This document shows positions 41,150 to 53,233 of a stretch of DNA of 64,000 bases, piece after piece. This DNA comes from Paecilomyces variotii (Eukaryota): assembly GCA_004022145.1 (NCBI GenBank), contig RCNU01000003.1; one strand, written 5' to 3'. The stretch's first letter is position 1. Every line of letters begins with the position of its first letter. The translations under genes and the position numbers were made by a program. The notes below the pieces were generated by a model. It worked only from the letters and a program-made list of their open reading frames with translations, was not told the DNA's origin and made no database searches.

Positions 41150-43048
41150 ATGTCTGCTCCGAGTCCCATCTGTCTGCTCTGTCAGACCAGGGTCAATATC
41201 CTGCGGGGCCCTGTTCTTCCTCCAGGATGGCAGAGCTCGAGGTCGATGGCTTCTGCCAGGCTGCGCCGCAAGCCAGCAGCACGCATGGCGCTGTCGCCCA
41301 GTGTCTCAAAGGACACTTTGAAGCCGTCACGCGGTCGAGAAAAGCCTGGACCATGGGGTGGCATGAACCAGACGCATGCGAATATTCCGGGAACACCACG
41401 AGCGAGGTCGCAGGCAGAGATTAAGCGCTCCTACGCCGGACGGGAGGCGAAACAGCCGGAGAAGAAAGAAAGTCCATTGTACAAGGCGCTGAAGATGCAG
41501 ACCGCTCTGGCGCCGGTGACATACCGCCAGAGGACTACAGTCAAAGAGAGGATATCGGAGATTACGAGCTTCGACAAATTTCAGCTCTTACCAGCTGTGC
41601 GCGATGCGATCTTCTCTCAGGCTCTTCCGGGACTTGTGGACGTAACGCCTACGCCGATCCAGCGTCTGGCGATTCCTGCTCTGCTTGGGACGGATATCAA
41701 AAAGAAGCCAACAAAGAAGCTGGATGAAGGGGAGCTTGGATTCGAGCAGTTTCTTCTTGCAGCGGAAACTGGATCTGGTAAAACTCTTGCATATCTGGTC
41801 CCGACTATCGATGCTGTCAAACGGCAAGAGGCTGTTGAGAAGGAGGAAACAGAGAGACGAGAGAAGCAGAAGGCAGAAGAAAAGGCGCAGAGGATGAAAA
41901 ACAGTGCCTTCGAACTTGAGCCGCCTGAAGTCGAGACCGATTCTGATGCTGGTAGACCCAGGGCCATCATTCTGCTTCCAACGTCGGAGCTGGTCGAACA
42001 GGTTGGCTCAATGGTGAAGGCATTCTCCCATACAGTGAAATATCGCTCAGGCATGATTTCGTCGACATATACCCCTCGAAGAATCCGAAATATTCTCTTC
42101 AATCCGAATGGAATTGACATTCTCGTTGCCACACCACATCTGCTAGCGTCCATCGCGAAGACCGATCCCAACGTACTCAGCCGAGTGACGCATCTTGTCA
42201 TCGATGAAGCGGATTCCCTCATGGACCGATCTTTCGCTCCGACAACAAGCGAGATCATCGACAGAACTGCGCCTTCGCTCAAGCAGCTCGTTTTCTGCTC
42301 CGCCACTATTCCTCGCAGCTTTGACTCCCTCCTACGCAAACGCTACCCTGATGCCCGTCGACTGACGACTCCCAACTTGCACGCTATTCCCCGTCGTGTG
42401 CAACTGGGTGTTGTCGATATCGAAAAGGATCCATACCGTGGTAACAGGAATCTTGCATGTGCCGACGTCATATGGTCGATTGGCAAAGCCGGTGATCCAT
42501 CCGACTCTCTTGGACAGTATTCATCGTACGCCGGTAGCAAGGACAAGAAAATACTTGTGTTTGTGAATGAACGTGAACAAGCCGAGGAAGTGGCGAAATT
42601 CCTGTCGTCAAAGGGCATCGATGCAATTGCGTTCTCTCGTGATTCCAGTGATCGCCGCCAGGCAGAGATCCTCTCGGATTTTACTACTACGACCCCTCCC
42701 CCATCGCCAGAGGACATTATGCTCGCCCAGAAGAAGCGTCGCCTTGAAGATGCCGTCCCCTTCGAACTCCCGGATCGGGGTCAGCAAGAGGGACCTTCGC
42801 GTACACTGCCCAACACCAAAGTTCTCGTGACGACAGACTTGGGATCTCGTGGCATTGACACCCTTGCAGTCAAGACCGTCATCCTGTACGATGTCCCACA
42901 TAACACCATCGACTTCATCCACCGCTTGGGACGTGTCGGCCGCATGGGCAAGCGTGGCCGTGGAATTGTTCTTGTCGGCAAGAAGGACCGCAAAGACGTT
43001 GTGAAGGAAGTCCGTGAAGCTATGTACAGAGGACAAGCTCTGATATAG
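41150..43048 (+). CDS. mrh4: Mitochondrial DEAD-box RNA helicase
   Basis: Single ORF with PTPIQ, AETGSGKT, DEAD, SAT, RGID and HRLGRVGRMG; basic presequence-like N-terminus. Confidence 0.88.
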   Translation: MSAPSPICLLCQTRVNILRGPVLPPGWQSSRSMASARLRRKPAARMALSPSVSKDTLKPSRGREKPGPWGGMNQTHANIPGTPRARSQAEIKRSYAGREAKQPEKKESPLYKALKMQTALAPVTYRQRTTVKERISEITSFDKFQLLPAVRDAIFSQALPGLVDVTPTPIQRLAIPALLGTDIKKKPTKKLDEGELGFEQFLLAAETGSGKTLAYLVPTIDAVKRQEAVEKEETERREKQKAEEKAQRMKNSAFELEPPEVETDSDAGRPRAIILLPTSELVEQVGSMVKAFSHTVKYRSGMISSTYTPRRIRNILFNPNGIDILVATPHLLASIAKTDPNVLSRVTHLVIDEADSLMDRSFAPTTSEIIDRTAPSLKQLVFCSATIPRSFDSLLRKRYPDARRLTTPNLHAIPRRVQLGVVDIEKDPYRGNRNLACADVIWSIGKAGDPSDSLGQYSSYAGSKDKKILVFVNEREQAEEVAKFLSSKGIDAIAFSRDSSDRRQAEILSDFTTTTPPPSPEDIMLAQKKRRLEDAVPFELPDRGQQEGPSRTLPNTKVLVTTDLGSRGIDTLAVKTVILYDVPHNTIDFIHRLGRVGRMGKRGRGIVLVGKKDRKDVVKEVREAMYRGQALI

Positions 43049-43999
43049 AGCTGCATATGTGATTCGGAACTGTATAATCTACGACGTGCATATAGATCGG
43101 CGTTGGTGGACCTTACTCTTTTGGATGTCCATCCGTACCAGGGACGGTACGGCTGAAAAAAATCAATACCCAGCTCAAATGAATACATACGACAAATCAT
43201 GTATAATATATTGTATAGTCACATGAACATAGGAAAGGAAATTCAGTTTCAATCATTTCTACCCACATTCCCTCCCACTATCACCCGTAGAAGTTGGCCA
43301 TCGAAACAAGATGAACGGGGAACCCGGCGACAAGAGTTCTGGAACTTAATAATACCAAACAGCACTGAAGCAGGAAGAATCCCTACCCTTGCCTTCCAGC
43401 CAGTACAGATCGCTCACCTGTCCACTATACTTGGCTTTTAAACCCACTCCAGACCCTGCTAACTAGGTACCCAGAAGTCACGACTAACAACCACCACACC
43501 CGAACTCTCCATCCAATTTTGGAAAGAAAGAACTCCACGTAGAAATTCAAAGGACGGAAATACTTCTTTCAACGGCGGCACCCATTTCTCTTGTTAGAAC
43601 AATATTGTTAACAATAACCGCCATTTCTGTGATAGCTCAAGACTCAGCCTACCTACCGCTCGGGTACATCAAGGGAAAGAAAAAAAGAAAAAGAAGAAGA
43701 AGAAGAAGAACAAGAAGGATAATAATAAAATGCATTACGTCCTTGTCGAGGCATTATAATATTCATCGAACTCTTTGTTGATCCTATAGCCGAATCCCAT
43801 CTGTTATTATATATATTTATGGATACTGCCATCTTCTAGGAATTCTTTATCTACGGAAAAATATATATTTATCAAGTTCACACTCCAGTCTCCCAGTATG
43901 ACAGAAAACACGATATCGATATTTAAGAAGAAGAAAAGAACAAATATACATACCTACCTATTCGTTAAAAATCCAGCAAAACCTCCCCCCTTGAACAAT

Positions 44000-44849
44000 A
44001 TGGGTCGCTCAGGAACATCTCACAGTTCATCCCATCGCTGCAGCCACCGCTGCGAATACGACTGCGACGACGGACACCATCACGTCCATCGACACCGGCA
44101 TAGTAGTCGCCATCGCTCCTCACACCGAAGCAAAAGCCACCATGGGCGAAGCTCAGCACTCGTGGACAAGGAAAGTGAAGTGATGACCGATCTTATGAAG
44201 ACGGCAGGGGTGTTTCTGAAAGAGAAAATCAAGGACATGCGTAAGCAGCGCGAGGCGAAAGATGAGGAAGAGGAAGTGATTATCGAGGAGAGTCATGGTT
44301 GTGACTGTGGTGAGTTGGAGGAGGAGGAGGATGGAGAGAGTGCGGATGGGGATGGAGGGTGCGATTGTGGGGGTTCGGAGTATGAGTCTGAGTCGGATTG
44401 CTGTGATTGTGAGGATTGTGGTGAGTTTTTTTTTACTTGGTTCTATGCCTAATTTGCGTTACGCGATTTGAAGAGCTTACAGATATATGAAAGCTATAGA
44501 TGACTCGCAGTCAGAGACACCGCCGACACCTCCGCCAGCAGGCTATTCTACCTGCACGAGGATAAAGACACGGCATAAGGGAAATTCCCCAGGGCAGACA
44601 CGGGTGACTACTTACGTCGTTTCGCCTGGGGACACAAGCAGGAAACGAAGCACTACAGTGCAAGCGTCTCGAGAGCCATCATCTGGTCAGAATGGAAATA
44701 AGCGGTCTGTTAAAACGGTGGTGAAATGTAAGCCTAAGCCACCACCCCGGTCAGGTTGCAATTGCTCCTCGTCATCTTGTTCATCGTCTTCGTCTTGCTC
44801 TTCGTCTACTACCAGAACAACCACTACAAGACGTTCACGATATATCTGA
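44000..44849 (+). CDS. Hypothetical low-complexity His/Cys/Ser-rich protein; intron at 44421-44499
   Basis: Two ORFs are joined in frame by GTGAGT..TAG (G|AT = Asp); no family recognised. Confidence 0.5.
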
Positions 44850-45378
44850 AGCAGGATTCTGGCAGAGGAAGGAAGATAAGAGGGGGTTTTCTGTATGGAG
44901 GTAGTTCAATAGTCCGAAACTTGCGTCGTGTCATAGGATCTCAAACATGAATATAGAGCGTAAACGCGTCTGGAAATCAATATATCTCGCCAATCATGAA
45001 GAATCTGAAATCATATGACAACGTGACATGAATATTCTATACTTTGGTTACACAAGATCTTCTATTTTGCCTTTGATCACATGAAGTTGATCGCTAGCAA
45101 ACATTTCCAGTGTATTATTTATACGAGAACGCATGTCCATAGTCAACAATGACTGAGAACATATAATAAGATTGGTCTTCCACCTCCGTTATTAACGTCG
45201 CCCACGTCCTTGATAGACATACTCGATCACAGGCTTCTTTCCCGTGCGCATCGTTTGACGAAAGCCTCAACAGATCATTTCAAGACCACCAAAAACCGAA
45301 TCATCCCCCAAGCTCAGATACCTAGCGAATCTGAAATCCTACAATACCAAACCAACAAACCCAGACTCTCCTTGGGAT

Positions 45379-45777
45379 ATGTTCCGCTACAACCTGCACA
45401 TCCCCGATGAATCCACCACCGAACGACTCTCTCGCATATCCACAACTCCTCCTGAATTCTGGAGCCGAAAAGACTGGATGGAATCGCGCCGTCTGCGCGC
45501 CAAGCGCGGCCAATCGATCTGGAGAGCAGCTCGACAGGGAAGAAGGCTCGGGATGGCCACGCGGAACTATCCCGAAGGACCATTCTGGCCGCAGACTCCG
45601 AGGTATAATCCGCAGTGGAAAGTTGATGCGATCAAGATGAGGGTGTTGGATGATGATTTGCTTAATCTGTGGGAGGAGGGTTACGCGGTTTATCAAGGGA
45701 TGGATGGATATTATCGAGTACAGGATCCGTGGACAGGGCAGGTTTTCCCAATGATGTGGGGTCTGGATGAGCCCTGA
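45379..45777 (+). CDS. Hypothetical orphan protein (132 aa)
   Basis: ATG-initiated ORF of normal amino-acid complexity, rich in Trp/Arg, with a C-rich to G-rich gradient. Confidence 0.4.
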   Translation: MFRYNLHIPDESTTERLSRISTTPPEFWSRKDWMESRRLRAKRGQSIWRAARQGRRLGMATRNYPEGPFWPQTPRYNPQWKVDAIKMRVLDDDLLNLWEEGYAVYQGMDGYYRVQDPWTGQVFPMMWGLDEP

Positions 45778-46098
45778 TGGGGGAGGAGAAGGGTGTGGAA
45801 CGAGGAGATGTGTGAAAATAAATAGATCGTTGCATTATCCCATTAAGGGAACCTAGTAGTACACTATACAAGACTGCAGGGAATATTAAAATGGTCACTT
45901 TCCCTGAAATATCAAAGATTTGCACCCCATAACCCCACCAATATGTATGCTTCGATAGGAAACGCATGCGTAGAGGTCGAAAGATGGATTCCCAGCAATA
46001 TCCCAGACTCCAAATAACCCATCTCACAAATGCAATGGCCCAAACTCCCCATCGTGCCCCATGATACATTACAAGTAGATTAAAAATGAGAGATCAGC

Positions 46099-48086
46099 TC
46101 ACATCGTCATCCTAAGCTGGCGGTCTCTCCTCCGGCTAGCTCTGGTGTTGCGTCTGTCATTGCCAACATCACTGCTGTCTGTCTCAGTTCTCGCATCAGA
46201 AAGTTCAGGCGTAGGCGTAATGCCAAAGCTGACTCCGCGACTCTTCCGCCGGACACGGGCTTCGTCTTCTGGAGCGATGAAACGATGAACCGTCCTATGA
46301 TCCATGACTCTTTCTTCATCATCGTGCGGTCCTTCTTTATCGGTCTTTGGCCATTGAAAGCCATACAGCTTGGAATGACGCTCGCAACGAGGGCATTCCT
46401 TTCGAGTCTGGTAAGAATTCTCCTGGACAAACCAGGCATTGCAAGTCTGGCAGTCTACCCATCGATCATAGCGCTGGGCGAGTAGTTTGGCCGTCTTCGT
46501 GTAGTCGCCGGGGACACGAACACCAGGGGTGTCATCTTCGACCGATGCCATGACCTTGCGTTTCTGGCGTGACACGCTTCTGCCCTTGGGTACGACGGTT
46601 TCGAGGTGGTCGTCTAATTCATACGAATCAGATAAGTCTGAAAGCTCACCGGCGTCACTGCCGCTTAGGCATGACTTTGGATCTGGATGGTCTGTACCTG
46701 ATTGTTCGGCCTGGAGAGTCTCAACAGCCGCAGACTCACGTACGGACATCTCCACTGACTCGACCTTGATTTTAATTCCCGCGTCGGAGACCGACGTAGC
46801 GGCAGTTGACGCCGAAGACCGCTGAGATTCATCTATACCGGTTGATTTGGGCGAATCACTGTCACTTGGGAGTTGTGGTAGAGGTGCCTCGCCCCCGGAT
46901 TCTCTAGATTGCGGACGTTCGGGCCTACTCTCAGACTCACCGCTAGTCCCGTTCGTGCGATCTTCAGCCGCTACAGCGGAAAGAGAGTTGTCTAGAGCGG
47001 AGACAAATGACTGTTCAATCGATGATGCGAGTTCTGGTAGCGAAATCTCCTCGCGTAACTTGGAGCTTTGGCGCTGAAACTTGCCCCTCTTGCGCGGCGA
47101 GACAAACGCTGAAGGCTCAGAATCAGTATCAGGGTCATACTTCCTCTTCATACGAGGAGTCCCGTTATCAGGAATGCTGGCTTCGTCGTCAGGCGCAGGA
47201 GTAGAGGCGGCGCTCTGCGAGGGAGAATCGAATCGAGGAGCCCAGCCATTCCTTACAGCTCGCTCACATGTTAGGCAGAGACATTCACAGTTGTCCTCTC
47301 CAAAGTAATCTTCGCCGTAGGAGACGGTTATTTCCTCCCCAATGTGGATATCACGAGCTGCAATAACCTGCATGCCCTCCGAACCACGCGTCACCAATCG
47401 CCCGTTCGCGTTACAGTCATGGTTTGCGAAGCGTGCGGGACCAAGAAATAGGGAGGGTGTCTTTTTGCGGCTGGACATGACAATGCTGAAATCTTTGCGA
47501 TTCAGGTCCAGATCCATCTCCTCTTCTCGGGTCATGGCCACGAGTGTGCCACTGAGATACTTGATCTCTTCTCCTTTCTTGATGAACTTTCGCGCACATA
47601 CGGCAGCCTCATGCTCCGTGATGGTGTATCTATTCGTCGTGGTAACCTCAAACGGACATTCAGGGAGGTAGATCAGGATATACTTCCGTAGGTGTCGACG
47701 GAACCACTCCTTCTCCCTGTCGTTGGGCAGCTTCGCCAAGTACTTGTTCAGACCCGAAAGCGCAAGTAGTGCTTTCTCCGCCTTGGCTACATCTTTTGCG
47801 ACGATCACGTCGTGGAGAAGGATTCGGGCCACGTCGTCGTCTTTTATTCCTCTCGCCGCGTTATATTTCGTGCGATTCTTTCGAATGTTCGTCCAGAAGT
47901 ACGCCTGCGCAAGAAACCACTGTCAGAAGAGGCGCGACACACACGGTGTAGGATGCGAACGGAGAGACAAACACGATCAACCAATGCGTCCGTCGCTACA
48001 TCGTCGTAACTGGCCAATTTCGCGAGTGTAAGGCGTTCGCGCCGGTCGACTGCCGGGGACGCCCTCGAAGATTTGGGGGCAGGCAT
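46099..48086 (-). CDS. set9: Histone H4-K20 methyltransferase Set9; intron at 47905-47962
   Basis: LTLAKLASYDDVATDALVDR|AYFWTNIRKNR; SET motifs LFLGPARFANHDC and EEITVSYG; post-SET CECLCLTCE. Confidence 0.93.
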
Positions 48087-48598
48087 GATATGTCGTTATG
48101 AAACAGTCCAAGTGCACAGAGAAGGATGCACCGTATAGGGACAGGGAGTGAAATCAACCAAAGGATCCAATGAATGCAAGTAACTAGTACGGGAAATCGA
48201 AACGCAGTGAATCCAAATGAATGTAGTGTTACGGATGAAGCCGTCGACCAAGAGAGAACTGAGTCGAAAACCAGATCAGCCGCATAATTGAGCCAATGCG
48301 ACGGACGACGAGGTCGCAGACTGTGATGCAGCCTGAAGCGCTGAGTAGAGATGTGGCTGGGGGGATTCGCTCAGCTTTGTTCCTTAACTACCGGGCGTGC
48401 CGCATGGCATCCCGGTTAGTTTAAGGGGATTCGCGCTGTGTTTTGCGATCCGCGCTCTCTTCGGTCTGGGGTCGGCGATCGGCAAAACCTGTCCGGCGGC
48501 TGCGTCGGCGCATCAAATCTTTTGGACGACCAGAACAACAGGCCAGCAAGGGCAACCAGCGTCTCCAGGGCTTCTCTACCCGGTGATATGCGAGCAAG

Positions 48599-49197
48599 AT
48601 GATCCAGCTAAAGGTCAGAATGGGCTATTCCGCCCGGAAATATCGCGCGTGAAGCTGACGGGAGGCTAACACGGGTCCTGCAGACGATGCTCAATTGCAT
48701 CGACAACTCCGGTGCCGCAGTTGTCGAATGCGTGAACGTCCTCAAGAAGCACTCTCCTGCCACTATCGGTGCGTTGAAATGAAATCGAATGAGATACGGA
48801 AAGGAATTTACTGATGAATTCCTGCCCCAGGTGACCGCATCATCGTCGTCGTCCAGAAGCAGCGCAACTTCGGCCCGGAGAGCTCAACCAACAGCGGTAT
48901 CGCCAACAAGGTCCGAAGAGGAGACATCCGACACGCCGTCGTTGTCCGTGCTAAGAAGGAGGTTCAACGGCCCGATGGAAGCTTCATCAAGTTCGATGAC
49001 AACGCCTGCGTTCTGATCAACAAGTCAGGAGACCCGATCGGAACGAGATTGAACGGTACGTTGCGCCTTGCTCTTTTCCGGCACCTTACAGGATGTCGGT
49101 CTACAAGATACTGATCTGCGATACAGGTATTGTGGGAGCGGAGCTACGAGGCAAACAATGGTCCAAGATTTTGTCATTAGCACCTATGCATTTGTAA
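48599..49197 (+). CDS. mrpl38: Mitochondrial ribosomal protein uL14m (YmL38); 3 introns
   Basis: [16 protein letters not shown]..|[44 protein letters not shown]|..[12 protein letters not shown]. Confidence 0.92.
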
Positions 49198-49385
49198 ACT
49201 AGTATAAGAATCAATCAAGAAGTCCATCTCCAAATCAACGCTTCCTTATTTTTATTTGGCGCTCCCGAGCTATGCATAACGAGCTCGAACCATCAACAAT
49301 TTATCAATATCCCAACAATCGCCTAAAACTCCAAACAACCTCCTGAAACTATAACCGGGGTATCGATAACCGGAAAGGTCTGGTA

Positions 49386-50080
49386 TCATGTAAACACATT
49401 ACCGCAGGTGCAGCAGACATAGTAGAGTTTCTGTCCAACAACACATTAGAGCAGTCACAAGTATAGTCCACGCTGGGGGTGTCTTACCATTCCAGTCTCC
49501 GCAGATCGCTGTTGCGACTGGAAGAACACCGCCTCGTTTTCACCGCAGCTCGGGCAAAGCTTGTTCGACCGGGGCAGCTGTGGAGAGAAACAGCGTGTTA
49601 GCCATGAAAGAATGACAAGTTTTCCCTTAGGACTTTTGTGCATGTGGCCATTATGAAGACGCATCCGACTCCTCATAATCAGAGCTTTCCGTGTCTCCGC
49701 AAATGGAGCAGGTGAGTTCTTCACCGCAGTAGAGGCAGAGCTCAGGCACACCAACCGTAGGATCTGATGCGACATCCTGAGTCACACCAGCTGTGTCTCC
49801 CACTTGACTGTTCAGCTTGTTCTGGTAAACGCAGTACGAAGATGCAGGCTCGGCGACATGGCAGGTTCGGCAGGTAAACATCAGGCGGTTGTTGACACGG
49901 TCTTCCTTCGGGTAGAGCAAGTTGGAGCTGAAATGTATCCGTTAGCAAACTCGCTGATCGATACGGGTATACTGAGGTGCGCAGATCAGTTACTTACCAT
50001 TCGCGACAGAATCGAAAATGAATCTGATCGACGTTCTGCTTAGAGTCGCCACCGGTCGACGAGGCAGGACTGGCGGACAT
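49386..50080 (-). CDS. rpb9: RNA polymerase II subunit Rpb9; 3 introns (second at 49578-49755)
   Basis: FRFCREC|SNLLYPKED..CRTC..DPT|LPRSNKLCPSC..AVFFQSQQRSAETGM|KLYYVCCTC. Confidence 0.95.
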
Positions 50081-50518
50081 CTTGTGTGGTAGTGGTATTA
50101 ATCGGTGGGAACAGGAGTCTGAAAGATAGTTTTCGAGGTTATGTCCTATTCGGGTGTTTTGTTTGGGCTTTGTATCTCTCTTGAGAGCTGGCAGATCAAG
50201 AATACTGGATGTTCTTTAACGTTGTGGTCATCGATCGAGCAGCGCAGAAGTCTGAAGAGGCAAGCTAGACGCCGCAGACACTAGACCAAACTGGGCCGGA
50301 ACAGCGCACGGACCATCAGCCCTACCGCGGCAACGGCTGTCCCTCACTCCCCGCAGTTGGAATCAAGTTGAGATCGAGTACGATTTCCTCCCTTGCCGAG
50401 ACTTCTATGACCCTCCTTTGACTATAGACATCCTGAGATAGTCGCTACTATCATCCTTTCTTCGGTTTATACCAGATTCCTCTTCTTTATACCATCCTTC
50501 GTTGCGTATTCGCTCAAA

Positions 50519-51240
50519 ATGGTAGGCACTGCCCCTCATTCGAGCTATTAGCTGCTATGATCCCTTATGGCATCATATACCTGACTATGGAACAATAGGT
50601 TGACGCAGGCCTTCCAGCGGGCTGGGAAGTCCGTCACTCCAATTCCAAAAACCTGCCGTACTACTTCAATGCTTTGACGAAAGAGTCGCGCTGGGAACCC
50701 CCGGCCGACACCGACACTGAGAAGCTAAAAATCTACATGGCCACGCACCACAGCGCCCCTGCTGCCAACGCATACAGTGCTGGCCACGGAGAGGGCAAGA
50801 TACGAGCAAGCCATCTGCTCATCAAGCACAGAGACAGCAGACGGCCCAGTAGCTGGCGGGAGGCAGAGATTACAAGGTCCAAGGAGGAGGCATATGAGAT
50901 CCTGCGTGCCCATGAGAAGCGTATCCAGTCGGGCGAGGCTAGTCTGGGGGACATCGCTGTTTCCGAATCGGACTGCAGTAGTGCTAGGAAGAAGGGTGAC
51001 CTGTATGTTTATACTTTTTGCGAAAACTGCAACGAGCCAAAAGCTAATTCGAACCTAGCGGTTTCTTCGGACGAGGTGAGATGCAGAAAGAGTTTGAAGA
51101 TGCCGCATTTGCTCTTCAGCCGGGCCAGGTGAGCGGCATCGTGGAGACTGCATCTGGTCTTCACCTGATTGAGCGGTAGGCAGCTTCTTCGGAGTCCTGA
51201 TTCGCAGCTGCTAACGCAAAATCGTCACAGAGTTCAGTAG
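50519..51240 (+). CDS. pin1: Parvulin peptidyl-prolyl isomerase with WW domain (Pin1/Ess1/Ssp1); 3 introns
   Basis: [33 protein letters not shown] (WW domain); [38 protein letters not shown]. Confidence 0.95.
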
Positions 51241-51699
51241 AGACAGCATATAAGTCCTTTTCGGTGTATTTAGTGATGTGACATGAAAAAATCAATATGT
51301 CCAGCTGGCAATTGATCCGCATCTGCAATCATGAAGAGCTATCTTTTCCTATGACTTTCGATCGAAATATTAATATACATACTTTCTCATGTTCTCTCTC
51401 TGTAGGGTTCGACGTTGCAATGTATACTTATCAAGAAGCCAACGAGCTATTCTCATTTTTATACGGCACTTCCCGGCTCAAAGTCTACCAAGCCATTCTC
51501 TGGTTTTGTCCAAGTCCACAATGGTGCACCTATGTCCGCGTTACTCCTACTTCTTACCTCTTTTTTCGAGAAAGGACAAAACAAGACGCGTCTTTCAAGA
51601 CCATCCTCGACTATGGTTTTCCCTTCTTCTCTCTGTACATACAGTTGATACGCGTTTAACACCCTCTTCCTCTATCTCATCCAATATCCCCTCTCCACC

Positions 51700-52431
51700 A
51701 TGTGTGTCTCCACTAATATCCCCTTCTTTCCCCTGGGGAAAGCCTACATCCCGCTCGAGACCCGTGTGACCAAATTCGTCTTCGATAGAAACAACCTCGC
51801 CATCCCACCACATCTCCAGCCCATGACACCCAAACGAGTCCACGATGAGCTCCGCAACGTCCGCGAAACCGCCACGACCACATTCAACTTCCTCAAAGCT
51901 CTCGACCGTATCTACCACACGCGTTTCTACCACATGTGTCCCAAAACAGATCGCACCCAATACTACCTCCACCGCGAATCCATCGACTACCTCCTCAACT
52001 GGGAACCAGACTCCATCCACCCTTACCTCCAAGCCTCAGCCGAAGCGCGCGGATATCGCATCCTCCCCGTCGTCGCCCCCACAGCAAAAATCCCCCCATT
52101 CATCCTCCACTTCCACATCGAGGAGGAAACATACACGGCCTTCCAGATCGAATATTCCCGTCTCCGCATGGAGTATCTTCGAGGTCCGTACATGCGCTGG
52201 ATCGACGCGAAGGCGAGCATGGAAAAAGTCCTAAGGGGATGTGAGAGTGAGATGGGCGATATGGACTATCGCGCTTGGCGGAGGTGGTGGGATCGGATTT
52301 TTCTGAGGGAGATGGATAAGTGGGAGCATAGAGCGCAGGAAATCAAGATGCCGGCGTGGAATGAGATTGTTAAGGAGTTGTATTGTTTGATTCAGGAGAG
52401 GGTTGATTTGGAGGGGTTTTGGGAGGAGTGA
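51700..52431 (+). CDS. Hypothetical protein (243 aa)
   Basis: Uninterrupted ATG ORF with protein-like composition and a C-to-G codon gradient; no family recognised. Confidence 0.6.
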   Translation: MCVSTNIPFFPLGKAYIPLETRVTKFVFDRNNLAIPPHLQPMTPKRVHDELRNVRETATTTFNFLKALDRIYHTRFYHMCPKTDRTQYYLHRESIDYLLNWEPDSIHPYLQASAEARGYRILPVVAPTAKIPPFILHFHIEEETYTAFQIEYSRLRMEYLRGPYMRWIDAKASMEKVLRGCESEMGDMDYRAWRRWWDRIFLREMDKWEHRAQEIKMPAWNEIVKELYCLIQERVDLEGFWEE

Positions 52432-53233
52432 ATTGTGGTTGGTTGGTTTGATGGATGATGGTATTGGGATGGATGTTGGTTTTCGATATCGATACGAGTC
52501 GCTGAGGACGTGGAGCATATTATTGGACTGGATGTTGCAGTACAAAGGAAGTTGGCAATCATTCATCCTTTTATTGGAAAAACTACACTCGACACAATGA
52601 ACATGGGTATGGTGAACATGAAAAGAAGCAAAAAGGAAAGGAAGGGAAAAACCGAAAGGACGGAGACCATATTATGTACGATGTACGATGTTTGACATCT
52701 ACCTTTCGTTCTTGATGTTTCTGGCACTGATCAAAAAGTTTCTACTTTGGGTGACATCAACATCCCATCTATACAGTTAATCTTAATGAATTTGTATTTT
52801 ATTATCACACTATTACAATGCAGCAGAACTTATTACACTGCACTCTCATTGTTCGAAGATATCGCTTCACAGGGCATGGTCATAAAGATCACGTGATGAG
52901 TAAGCCCTATTCCATGAGCTGGTTGTTGGTAAAACTCCCATGCGAGGCAGATAGGTATCTAGCTAGAATAATACACATTTTAGTATAGTATCACGAAATT
53001 AGGTACGCACGATTTGAAATAATAAATGTCGTCGTATTCCTATCTCATACACAAAGTTCCCATACAGTTCCTACCCCAGCGCTAGACTCCCTGCGGACAT
53101 ACAGTGAAGAAGAATGAAACTAGTAAGTTCATAGTTATATAAGTCAAGGTATCATGATCATTCCACGCGTCTATAAAATAGAAGCAAGTGGATCATCTGT
53201 GCCCCAGGAACCGGGCAGTTGCTGTTGCATGGG

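Noticed and set aside
41617-43200. Long antisense ORFs over mrh4 (similar ones over pfs2, the USP gene and the permease)
   Set aside because: These are the expected shadows of codon-biased genes and carry no motifs.
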